Assembly: GCA_009784565.1 (NCBI GenBank)
Contig: WRBL01000001.1
Coordinates: 1-59,317, forward strand
Length of the DNA: 59,317 bases
Origin: Streptosporangiales bacterium
GTDB lineage: Bacteria; Actinomycetota; Actinomycetes; Streptosporangiales; Streptosporangiaceae
Reading direction: 5' to 3'
Positions 35,811-43,791 of the stretch are shown piece by piece. The notes under the pieces are model-generated. The model saw only the letters and a list, made by a program, of their open reading frames with translations. It had not been told where the DNA came from and made no database searches. Position 1 is the stretch's first letter, and every line of letters starts with the position of its first letter. The translations under genes were made by a program, and so were the position numbers.

Positions 35811-36421
35811 TACCACCGATCCGGGTCCTGCTGGCCGAGGACCAGGCGATGATCCGGGAGGCCCTGGCCGCGCTGCTGTCGTTCGAGGACGACATGGAGG
35901 TGGCGGCCCAGGTCGGCCGGGGCGACGAAGTCCTGATAACGGCGACTGACGTGAAACCGGACGTCGCCCTCCTCGACATCGAGATGCCTGGCCTGGACGG
36001 CCTCGCCGCGGCGGCCGCGCTCCACGGCCGGCACCCCGGCATCAAGATCGTCATCCTGACCACGTTCGGCCGTCCGGGCTATCTCCGCCGGGCCATGGAA
36101 TCGGGCGTGTCCGGATTCATCGTGAAAGACTCGCCCGCGGGCAAGCTCGCCGACACCATCCGCCAGGTCATGCGGGGCCAGCGGGTCATCGACCCGGAAC
36201 TGGCCGCCGCCGCGCTGGCCAGCGGGGCCAGCCCGCTCACCCCGCGCGAGCGCGACGTCCTGGCCGCCAGCACCGACGGCGGGACCATCCAGCAGATCGC
36301 GCGGGCCGTCTCGCTGTCGGAGGGAACCGTCCGCAATTACCTGTCGGCCTGCATCGGCAAGACCGGCGCCCGCAACCGGGCCGAGGCCCGCCGGATCGCC
36401 GAAGAACGCGGGTGGCTTTAA
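35807..36421 (+). CDS. DesR-like NarL-family response regulator
   Basis: IRVLLAEDQ, LLDIEMPG, LTTFGRPGY, PLTPRERDVL, LSEGTVRNY. Confidence 0.94.
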   Translation: MIPPIRVLLAEDQAMIREALAALLSFEDDMEVAAQVGRGDEVLITATDVKPDVALLDIEMPGLDGLAAAAALHGRHPGIKIVILTTFGRPGYLRRAMESGVSGFIVKDSPAGKLADTIRQVMRGQRVIDPELAAAALASGASPLTPRERDVLAASTDGGTIQQIARAVSLSEGTVRNYLSACIGKTGARNRAEARRIAEERGWL

Positions 36422-36441
36422 GCCGCACTAGGATGAATCGC

Positions 36442-39400
36442 GTGACATCCCCCGGTTACCTGCGCTTCCCCCACATTCATGGTGATCTACTGGCTTTCGT
36501 CGCCGAGGACGACGTCTGGCTGGCCCCGGCGGGCGGCGGACGCGCCTGGCGCCTGACCGCGGACGGCGCCGGCGCGAGCCACCCCCGGTTCTCCCGCGAC
36601 GGCCGTCTCATCGCGTGGACGAGCAAACGCGACGGGGACCCGGAGATCTACACCGCCGAAGTCGAGGGCGGCCCGGCCGTCCGCCGCACCTGGTGGGGCG
36701 ACCGCCGCACCCGCACCGCCGGATGGACGTCGTCCGGAGAGATCCTCGCGATCACCGCCCACGGCCAGCCCGCGGCCCAGAACGCCGGCGCCTGGACGGT
36801 CCCGCTGGAGGCGCCCCCGCGCCGGCTCCCGTTCGGCCAGGTCGACGACCTCGCGATCGAAGCCGGCGGCACCGCCCTGCTCACCGCCCGCGAGAGCCGC
36901 GAGCCCGCCGTCTGGAAGGGCTACCGCGGCGGCACCGCCGGACGCCTGTGGACGGCGAAGGGCACCGCGACCGAGGGCTTCCGGCGGATCCTGGCCGACC
37001 TGGACACCCAGCTGTTCGCGCCCATGATCACCGGCGGGCGGCTCGCCTTCCTGTCCGACCACGAGGGCACCGGCAACGTCTACTCGTGCGCGCTGGACGG
37101 CACGGACCTGCGCCGCCACACCGACCACGACGGCTGGTACGCCCGCAACCCCTCCACCGACGGGACCCGGATCGTCTACCACGTCGCCGGGGACATCTGG
37201 ATCCTGGACAGCCTGGAGGCCGAGGCGCCCCGGAAGCTGGACATCGACCTGGCCGGGCCCCCGGTCGCCCGCGCCCCGCGCCGGATCACGGCCGCGGACC
37301 ACCTCGACGACCTGGACTGCGATGAAACCGGGCAGGCCAGCGTGGTGTCGGTCCGCGGTACCGTCCACTGGCTCACCCATGACGACGGTCCGGCCCGGAC
37401 CCTGTCGGTCCGCCCGGACGCCCGCGCCCGGCTGCCCCGGATCCTCGCGGGCGACCGGGTCGCCTGGGTCACCGACGCCGACGGCGACGACGCGCTGGAG
37501 ATCGCCCCGGTCGGCGCCCCGGCGGAATCCCGCCGGATCGCGTCCGGGGAGATCGGCTACGTCAACGCCCTCGCCGCCGCCCCGGACGGGAAGACCCTCG
37601 CCGTCGCCGCCCACGACGGCCGTCTCCTCCTGGTCGACGTCGCCTCCGGCACGGTCACCGAACTCGCGGCCGGGGACGACGGCGAGATCGACGACGTGGC
37701 GTGGTCCCCGGACTCGGCCTGGCTCGCGTGGGCCCAGCCCGGACCGCGGCCGCTGGCCCGGATCCGCCTGGCGAAGCTGGAGGACCGGTCGGTCATCGAC
37801 GTGACCGACGGCCGGTTCGCCGACAGCGACCCGGTCTTCACCGTCGACGGCCTGCACCTGGCCTTCCTGTCGCGCCGCACCTTCGACCCGGTCTACGACG
37901 CGCACACGTTCGACCTGTCCTTCCCCTACGGCAGCCGCCCGTACCTGGTCCCGCTGGCCGCGGCGACCCTGTCCCCGTTCGGCCCGCGCCCGGGCGGGCG
38001 TCCGGCGGGCGGCGAAGACAGCAAGTCCAAGGATTCATCCGAACGGATCTCCGTGACCGTGGACGCCGCCGGAATCGGTTCGCGGGTCGTCGCGGTACCC
38101 GTGGACGAGGGCCGCTACTACGGCCTGGCCGCGGTCAAGGGCGGCCTGGTGTGGCTGCGCTCGCGGCTGTCGGGCATCCTGGGCGACGGGGCGGCCGACC
38201 TGGAATCCGAGCGGCCGAAGCCGTGCCTGCAGCGGTTCGACCTGCGCAAGCGCGAGGTCACCACGCTGGACACCGGGATCAGCTGGTTCGCGGTCAGCGG
38301 CGACGGGGCCCGGCTGGTCATCAAGGACGGCTCCGAGTTGCGGGTGGTGCCCGCCGACCGGAAGGCCGAGAACGGGTCGTCGGACGACGCTGTCACCGTG
38401 GACACCGAGCGGGCCCGGTTCACCGCCGACCCCGCCGCCCTGTGGGCGCACGCCTACGAAGAGGCGGGCCGGCAGATGCGCCGGAACTTCTGGACCCCCG
38501 GCATGTCCGGCGTCGAGTGGGACGCGGTCCTCGACCGGTACCGGCCGCTGCTGGCCCGGGTCGGGACGTCGGCCGAGTTCGCGGACCTGCTCCTCGAGGT
38601 CGTCGGCGAACTGGGAACCTCGCACTCCTACGTCATGCCCGGCGGCGCGTTCGGCGCCCAGTCCCGCGTCCTCGGCGAACAGGCCGCGCTGCTCGGGGCC
38701 GACGTGTCCCGGGCGCCGGACGGGCGGTGGCTGGTGGACCGGGTGCTGCCCGGCGAGTCGTCGGACCCCCTGGCCCGGTCGCCGCTGTCCGCGCCGGGCG
38801 TGGCCGTGTTCGAGGGCGACGAGATCACCGAGGTCGGCGGCCAGCCGGTCGACCCGGACCTGGGCCCGTGGCCGCTGCTGGCCGGGACCGCCGGCAAGCC
38901 GGTGGAACTCACGGTCGTGCCCGCCGACCCCTCGCGGGTCCCCAAGCCGCTGCCCGAGCCCGAGGACTCCGAGGACTCCGAGGACTCTGAGGGCGCTGAG
39001 GACAAGGACTCCGCTGAGGGCAAGGACGGCGACGACTCCAAGTCCGGGTCCGAGCCGGACAGCGGCGACTCCGCCCGCCGGGTCGTGGTCGTCCCGTTGA
39101 GCGACGAGCGGCGGCTGCGGTACCAGGACATGGTGGTGGCGCGCCGCCGGTTCGTCCGGGAGCGGTCCGGCGGGCGGCTCGGGTACCTGCACGTGCCCGA
39201 CATGATGGGGGAGGGCTGGGCCCATCTCCACCGCGACCTGCACGCCGAGATGAGCAGGGACGCCCTGATCCTGGACGTGCGGGGCAACCGGGGCGGGCAC
39301 ACCTCGCAGCTGATCGTGGAGAAACTGGCCCGCCGGATCATCGGCTGGGACAGCGCCCGCTGGGTCAAGCCGGAAAGCTACCCGGCCGACGCGCCCCGCG

Positions 39401-39798
39401 GGCCGCTGGTCGCCCTCGCCGACGAGTTCGCGGGCTCCGACGGGGACATCGTCACCGCCGCGATCCGCACCCTGGGCCTGGGACCGGTGATCGGCGCCCG
39501 CACCTGGGGCGGCGTCATCGGCATCGACGGCTACCGCGACCTGGTCGACGGGACGTACATGACGGTGCCGGGATACTCGTTCTGGTTCAGCTCCTACGGC
39601 TGGAACGTGGAGAACTACGGCGTGGACCCGGACACCGAGGTGCTGATCACCCCCGACGACTGGGCCGCCGGCCGCGACCCGCAGCTGGAAACCGCGGTCG
39701 ACCGCGCCCTGTCCCTCCTGGAGGAGCACCCGCCCGCGACCCCGCCGGATCCGTCCACCGGCCCGTCGCGCCGCCGCCCCCCGCTCCCGCCGCGCTAG
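36442..39798 (+). CDS. Tricorn protease homolog (S41)
   Basis: YLRFPHIHGD..FVAEDDVW propeller start, GELGTSHSY, PDZ, DVRGNRGG, AGSDGD, RTWGGVIG, ENYGVDPD; probable leaderless GTG start. Confidence 0.95.
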   Translation: MTSPGYLRFPHIHGDLLAFVAEDDVWLAPAGGGRAWRLTADGAGASHPRFSRDGRLIAWTSKRDGDPEIYTAEVEGGPAVRRTWWGDRRTRTAGWTSSGEILAITAHGQPAAQNAGAWTVPLEAPPRRLPFGQVDDLAIEAGGTALLTARESREPAVWKGYRGGTAGRLWTAKGTATEGFRRILADLDTQLFAPMITGGRLAFLSDHEGTGNVYSCALDGTDLRRHTDHDGWYARNPSTDGTRIVYHVAGDIWILDSLEAEAPRKLDIDLAGPPVARAPRRITAADHLDDLDCDETGQASVVSVRGTVHWLTHDDGPARTLSVRPDARARLPRILAGDRVAWVTDADGDDALEIAPVGAPAESRRIASGEIGYVNALAAAPDGKTLAVAAHDGRLLLVDVASGTVTELAAGDDGEIDDVAWSPDSAWLAWAQPGPRPLARIRLAKLEDRSVIDVTDGRFADSDPVFTVDGLHLAFLSRRTFDPVYDAHTFDLSFPYGSRPYLVPLAAATLSPFGPRPGGRPAGGEDSKSKDSSERISVTVDAAGIGSRVVAVPVDEGRYYGLAAVKGGLVWLRSRLSGILGDGAADLESERPKPCLQRFDLRKREVTTLDTGISWFAVSGDGARLVIKDGSELRVVPADRKAENGSSDDAVTVDTERARFTADPAALWAHAYEEAGRQMRRNFWTPGMSGVEWDAVLDRYRPLLARVGTSAEFADLLLEVVGELGTSHSYVMPGGAFGAQSRVLGEQAALLGADVSRAPDGRWLVDRVLPGESSDPLARSPLSAPGVAVFEGDEITEVGGQPVDPDLGPWPLLAGTAGKPVELTVVPADPSRVPKPLPEPEDSEDSEDSEGAEDKDSAEGKDGDDSKSGSEPDSGDSARRVVVVPLSDERRLRYQDMVVARRRFVRERSGGRLGYLHVPDMMGEGWAHLHRDLHAEMSRDALILDVRGNRGGHTSQLIVEKLARRIIGWDSARWVKPESYPADAPRGPLVALADEFAGSDGDIVTAAIRTLGLGPVIGARTWGGVIGIDGYRDLVDGTYMTVPGYSFWFSSYGWNVENYGVDPDTEVLITPDDWAAGRDPQLETAVDRALSLLEEHPPATPPDPSTGPSRRRPPLPPR
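38962..38988 (+). repeat. Coding 9-bp tandem GAGGACTCY x3 in an acidic insertion
   Basis: Encodes EDSEDSEDS. Confidence 0.8.
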
Positions 39799-39823
39799 CC
39801 CCCACCCCGCTAACTTCCACCCC

Positions 39824-39933
39824 GCGACCGCAACGGGACCGATGGTGTCGCTATTGCGCCCGCGTCGGTCCCGCTGGTGTCGCTGAGAGGGAGCGTGAAT
39901 GGGGCCGGAGGTGTCGGCCCCCGGTTCACGACG
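39824..39933 (+). repeat. Repeat family A, copy 3 (two 32-bp units plus hairpin)
   Basis: GCGACCGCAACGGGACCGATGGTGTCGCTATT + GCGCCCGCGTCGGTCCCGCTGGTGTCGCTGAG, then CGTGAA-hairpin-GTTCACGACG. Confidence 0.8.
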
Positions 39934-39948
39934 ATGCCAGCATGACGT

Positions 39949-39997
39949 CTAAGTTCGCGATTTCTGTCGTCGTGGCAACAGGAACAGCGAACATAAG
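39949..39997 (+). repeat. Repeat family B, copy 2
   Basis: CTAAGTTCGCG...GGCAAC...AGCGAACATAAG, 49 bp. Confidence 0.75.
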
Positions 39998-40003
39998 CCC
40001 CGG

Positions 40004-41236
40004 TCAGCCCCGGTCGGGGGCCAGGAGTTCTTTTCCGCGTTTGCGGAGCTCGGCGACGGAGGTGACCCCGAGGAGCCGCATCGTCATGAGGAACTCCTTC
40101 GCCAGGATGGTCAGCGCGTGGTCCACGCCGGCCTCGCCGCCGGCCATCAGGCCGTAGAGGTACGTCCGGCCCAGGGCCGCCGCGTCCGCGCCCAGGGCCA
40201 GGGCCACGGCGATGTCGGTGCCGGTCCGGATCCCGGAGTCCACCACGAGGGGCAGCGACGGGCCGACCTCCTCCCGCACCGGCACGATCATGTCGGCCGC
40301 GGGCACGCACCGGTCCAGCTGGCGGCCCCCGTGGTTGGACAGCTGGAGCCCGTCGACGCCGAGATCGACCGCGCGGCGGGCGTCCGCCGGGCCGAGCGGG
40401 CCCTTGACCAGGATCCTCCCCGGCCAGCGGGACCGCAGGGTCGCGATGTCGGCCCAGTTGATGGCGGGGTCGAAGAACTGCGCGGTCTGGTGCAGCTGCG
40501 AGGCACCCAGCTCGGAGAAGTTGGCGTAGCCGAGAGCGGGCCCGGACAGGAGCCGGTACCAGTAGCCTGGCTTCAGCCCGACCGACATGATCGTGGACGG
40601 GGTGAGCGACGGGGGCATCGTCAGCCCATTGCGGGTGTCGCGGAGCCGGTTGCCCGTCACCACGGTGTCGACTGTCACGACCAGGGTCCGGAACCCGGCT
40701 TCCCAGGTGCGGTCCACGAGCGCGTAGGCCCGCTCCCGGTCTTTCAGGATATACAGCTGGAACCACAGGTCCGGGTCCGCCGTCACCAGGTCCGGCGCCG
40801 AGGCGAGGGTGTCCCGCAAGTCCTCGATCCCGGTCGTCGCCATCGTGGACAGCGTGTACGGGATCCCGGCCCGGGCCGCGGACCGGGCCACGCCGATCTC
40901 CCCGTCGGCGTGCATCATCCGCGTGTAGCCCGTGGGCCCGAGCACCACCGGGAACGGCAGGTTCCTTCCGAACAGCGACACGGATGTGTCGACGGAGGAC
41001 ACGTCGGCGAGCACGCGCGGGCGCAGCCGGCGGCGCCGGAACGCCGCGATGTTCGCCTCGCTGGTCAGTTCCTCGTCGGCCGCGCCGTACACGTAGTCGT
41101 AGACCGGCCGCGGGGTGTGCCGCTCGGCGACTCTCCGGAGGTCTTCGATCGTCAGGCAGGTGGACAGCCGCCGGCGTGTGGTGTCGAGCTCGATCGGCCG
41201 GAGCTGGACAATATCCCGCATGTCGCGCAGTCTCAT
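40004..41236 (-). CDS. FMN-dependent alpha-hydroxy acid dehydrogenase (LldD-like)
   Basis: YDYVYGAADEE, LWFQLY, VTVDT...GNRLRD, SNHGGRQLD, DSGIRTG. Confidence 0.93.
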   Translation of the reverse strand: MRLRDMRDIVQLRPIELDTTRRRLSTCLTIEDLRRVAERHTPRPVYDYVYGAADEELTSEANIAAFRRRRLRPRVLADVSSVDTSVSLFGRNLPFPVVLGPTGYTRMMHADGEIGVARSAARAGIPYTLSTMATTGIEDLRDTLASAPDLVTADPDLWFQLYILKDRERAYALVDRTWEAGFRTLVVTVDTVVTGNRLRDTRNGLTMPPSLTPSTIMSVGLKPGYWYRLLSGPALGYANFSELGASQLHQTAQFFDPAINWADIATLRSRWPGRILVKGPLGPADARRAVDLGVDGLQLSNHGGRQLDRCVPAADMIVPVREEVGPSLPLVVDSGIRTGTDIAVALALGADAAALGRTYLYGLMAGGEAGVDHALTILAKEFLMTMRLLGVTSVAELRKRGKELLAPDRG

Positions 41237-41316
41237 GATCTCCGACGATACGCCGGCGGCCAGCGGAATCCGACACGCGGGGGAGTAGTGAAGATCCGTT
41301 CGGAATGATGTAATTT

Positions 41317-41339
41317 ATTCCTATCGGCATAGTAGGAAT
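41317..41339. promoter_or_regulatory. Inverted repeat ATTCCTA-N9-TAGGAAT, candidate sulfur-regulon operator
   Basis: Perfect 7-9-7 palindrome in an AT-rich stretch directly upstream of the SsuD-like gene. Confidence 0.6.
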
Positions 41340-41348
41340 TCTGAGGGG

Positions 41349-42557
41349 ATGGTCATGACACAGCTGCGCTTCCACTGGTTCCTCCCGACCAGCGGGGACG
41401 GGCGCGACATCGTCGGCGGAGGTCACGGAGCGGTCCGCGGCTCCGCGGGCGCCGTCCGGCCTCCGACGGTCGCCTACCTCGGGCAGATCGCCCGCGGCGC
41501 CGAGCAGCTCGGCTTCGAGGCCGCGCTCACTCCGACCGGCACGTGGTGCGAGGACGCCTGGCTCACCACCGCCATGCTCACGCAGGTGACCGAGCGGCTG
41601 AAGTTCCTCGTCGCCTTCCGCCCCGGCCAGATCTCGCCGACGCTGTCGGCCCAGATGGCCTCCACCTACCAGCGCCAGTCCCGGGGACGGCTGCTGCTCA
41701 ACGTCGTCACCGGCGGCGAGTCCGCCGAGCAGCGTTCCTTCGGCGACTTCCTCGGCAAGGCCGGCCGCTACGAGCGGACCGGGGAGTTCCTCGACATCGT
41801 CCGCCGCCTGTGGGCCGGCGAGTCCGTCACCCACGAGGGAGAGCACCTGCGCGTCGAGGGGGCGAAGCTGGCCCGGCTGCCCGACCCGGTGCCGGAGGTG
41901 TACTTCGGCGGATCGTCGCCGGAGGCGGGCGCGGTCGCGTCCAGGTACTCCGACGTCTACCTCACCTGGGGCGAGCCGCCGTCGGCGGCCGGCGAGAAGC
42001 TCCGCTGGGTGTCCGGGCTCGCGGAGGCCGAGGGCCGCACCCTGCGGACCGGCATCCGGCTGCACGTCATCTCCCGCGACACCTCCGAGGAGGCCTGGCG
42101 GGCCGCCGGCCGGCTCATCGAGCCGATCAGCGACGAGATGATCGCCAAGGCGCAGGCGGGCCTGGCGACGAGCGAGTCCGCCGGCCAGCGCCGGATGCGG
42201 GAACTGCACGCCGGCGGCAGCCGCAAGGACCTGCGCGACCTGGAGATCTACCCGAACCTGTGGGCGGGCGTCGGCCTGATCCGCGGCGGCGCGGGCACCG
42301 CGCTGGTCGGCAGCCACTCCGAGGTCGCCGACCGGATCGAGGAGTACGCGAGCCTCGGCATCAGCGAGTTCATCCTCTCCGGCTACCCGTGCCTGGAGGA
42401 GGCGTACTGGTTCGGCGAGGGCGTGCTGCCGATCCTGGCCGGGCGCGGCCGGTGGCGGAGCCCGGCGGAGCTCCCGGCCGAGGAGGCTATTGTCCCGTTC
42501 TCGCCCGTCAACCCGGCCTCGCCCGACCGCGATCGTGGGAGGATGGCCGCGTCATGA
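41349..42557 (+). CDS. LLM-class flavin-dependent monooxygenase, alkanesulfonate monooxygenase (SsuD)-like
   Basis: WFLPTSGDGR, CEDAWL, LKFLVAFRP, YFGGSS, YLTWGEPP, PNLWAGVGLIRGGAGTALVG, FILSGYP. Confidence 0.92.
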   Translation: MVMTQLRFHWFLPTSGDGRDIVGGGHGAVRGSAGAVRPPTVAYLGQIARGAEQLGFEAALTPTGTWCEDAWLTTAMLTQVTERLKFLVAFRPGQISPTLSAQMASTYQRQSRGRLLLNVVTGGESAEQRSFGDFLGKAGRYERTGEFLDIVRRLWAGESVTHEGEHLRVEGAKLARLPDPVPEVYFGGSSPEAGAVASRYSDVYLTWGEPPSAAGEKLRWVSGLAEAEGRTLRTGIRLHVISRDTSEEAWRAAGRLIEPISDEMIAKAQAGLATSESAGQRRMRELHAGGSRKDLRDLEIYPNLWAGVGLIRGGAGTALVGSHSEVADRIEEYASLGISEFILSGYPCLEEAYWFGEGVLPILAGRGRWRSPAELPAEEAIVPFSPVNPASPDRDRGRMAAS

Positions 42558-43051
42558 CGAAAATCGCTGTCGTTACCGGAAACCCGAAGCCGAAGTCTCG
42601 CACGCACGGCGTGGCGGCCGCGGTGGCCGCCGCGATCGATAGCGGCGCCGACATGCTCGACATCGACCTCACGGACTACTCCTCTCGCCTGTTCGAATGG
42701 GAGGACGCCGAACTCGGGAAGCTGACCGCCGAGGTCGCCGCCTCCGACGTGGCGGTGTTCGCGTCTCCGACCTACAAGGCGTCCTACACGGGCCTGCTCA
42801 AGGCGTTCCTCGACCGGTACGGGTCCAACGGCCTGGCCGGCGTGGTCGCCGTGCCGGTGATGACCGGCGGCTGGCCCGGGCACCTGCTGTCGGTCGAGGT
42901 GCACCTGCGGCCGGTCCTGGTCGAACTGGGCGCGGTCGTTCCGGCCCGGGGCCTCTACGTCACCGAGCCCGAACTGGCCGACACCGGCGCGGCCGTGGGC
43001 ACGTGGGCCGAGACCGCGGTCCCGCTGATCACGCGTTCGGCGAGGGGCTGA
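42554..43051 (+). CDS. NADPH-dependent FMN reductase (SsuE-like)
   Basis: GNPKPKSRT, ASPTYKASYTGLLKAFLD; ATGA overlap with upstream gene. Confidence 0.92.
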   Translation: MTKIAVVTGNPKPKSRTHGVAAAVAAAIDSGADMLDIDLTDYSSRLFEWEDAELGKLTAEVAASDVAVFASPTYKASYTGLLKAFLDRYGSNGLAGVVAVPVMTGGWPGHLLSVEVHLRPVLVELGAVVPARGLYVTEPELADTGAAVGTWAETAVPLITRSARG

Positions 43052-43517
43052 CGGCGCTGTCCCGGCCCGGGCGCCTGGCCTGGGCCGGGACTGACAGGAC
43101 GCCGCACAGGCGGTCCAGCCACCCGGCCAGTTCCCCCTGGTCGCCGATGGCCTCGCTGAGCTCGGCCTCGGCGGCGGAGATCAGCTCGGCCGCGCCCTCG
43201 TAGCGGTCGCGGCCCTGCAGAGACAGGTAGGCGAGGGGCTCGCGGTCCCGGTCGCTGTCGCGGCTGGTCTCCCGGCGGTAGAGAAGTCCTTCGGACACCA
43301 TGCGGTTCACGAGGTCGGTGAGCGCGCCCACGGACAGCATCGCGAAGTCGGCGACCTCGGGCAGGAAGTGCCCCCGGCCGTCGGAGAGGAGCTTCAGCAC
43401 GCGCCACTCCTCGACCGTGCACTCCTCGCGGGCGAGGATCGCCGCTACCCGCCCGCTCAGCAGCCGCTCCGCCCGGCTCAGCTGAAGGGCCAGATCCCGT
43501 GACGTCCCGGTCGCCAT
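43029..43517 (-). CDS. MarR-family transcriptional regulator
   Basis: LSRAERLL, TVEEWRVL, LTDLVNRMVSEGLLYR; SD GAGGAGG. Confidence 0.85.
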   Translation of the reverse strand: MATGTSRDLALQLSRAERLLSGRVAAILAREECTVEEWRVLKLLSDGRGHFLPEVADFAMLSVGALTDLVNRMVSEGLLYRRETSRDSDRDREPLAYLSLQGRDRYEGAAELISAAEAELSEAIGDQGELAGWLDRLCGVLSVPAQARRPGRDSAVSPSPNA

Positions 43518-43717
43518 TGGCCGCGTCCTCCTCATGGGTGTTACATACCCAAACGATGGCCGGGATTCCCGCGTTCCGCGGTTACCGAGTGTTCACTCCG
43601 AGGGCGGCCGCCCGTTCAGCGACGCGTACCCGCCCCGCCAGCCCACGGCGCGGGGGCCGGGTCCTCGGATTCCCTGACGGGAGGGACTCGCGGCCCTGTC
43701 CTTCGTGACCGGCGCGC

Positions 43718-43755
43718 GTCAATGATTGACTCTCTGTAGTTGATGTCGGTAATTT
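43718..43755 (+). promoter_or_regulatory. Sigma70-type promoter TTGACT-N18-TAATTT with palindrome GTCAATGATTGAC over the -35
   Basis: -35 at 43726-43731, -10 at 43750-43755. Confidence 0.6.
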
Positions 43756-43791
43756 TGTTGCCAGGTATCCCTGCGGGTGGCGGGAGCGGCG

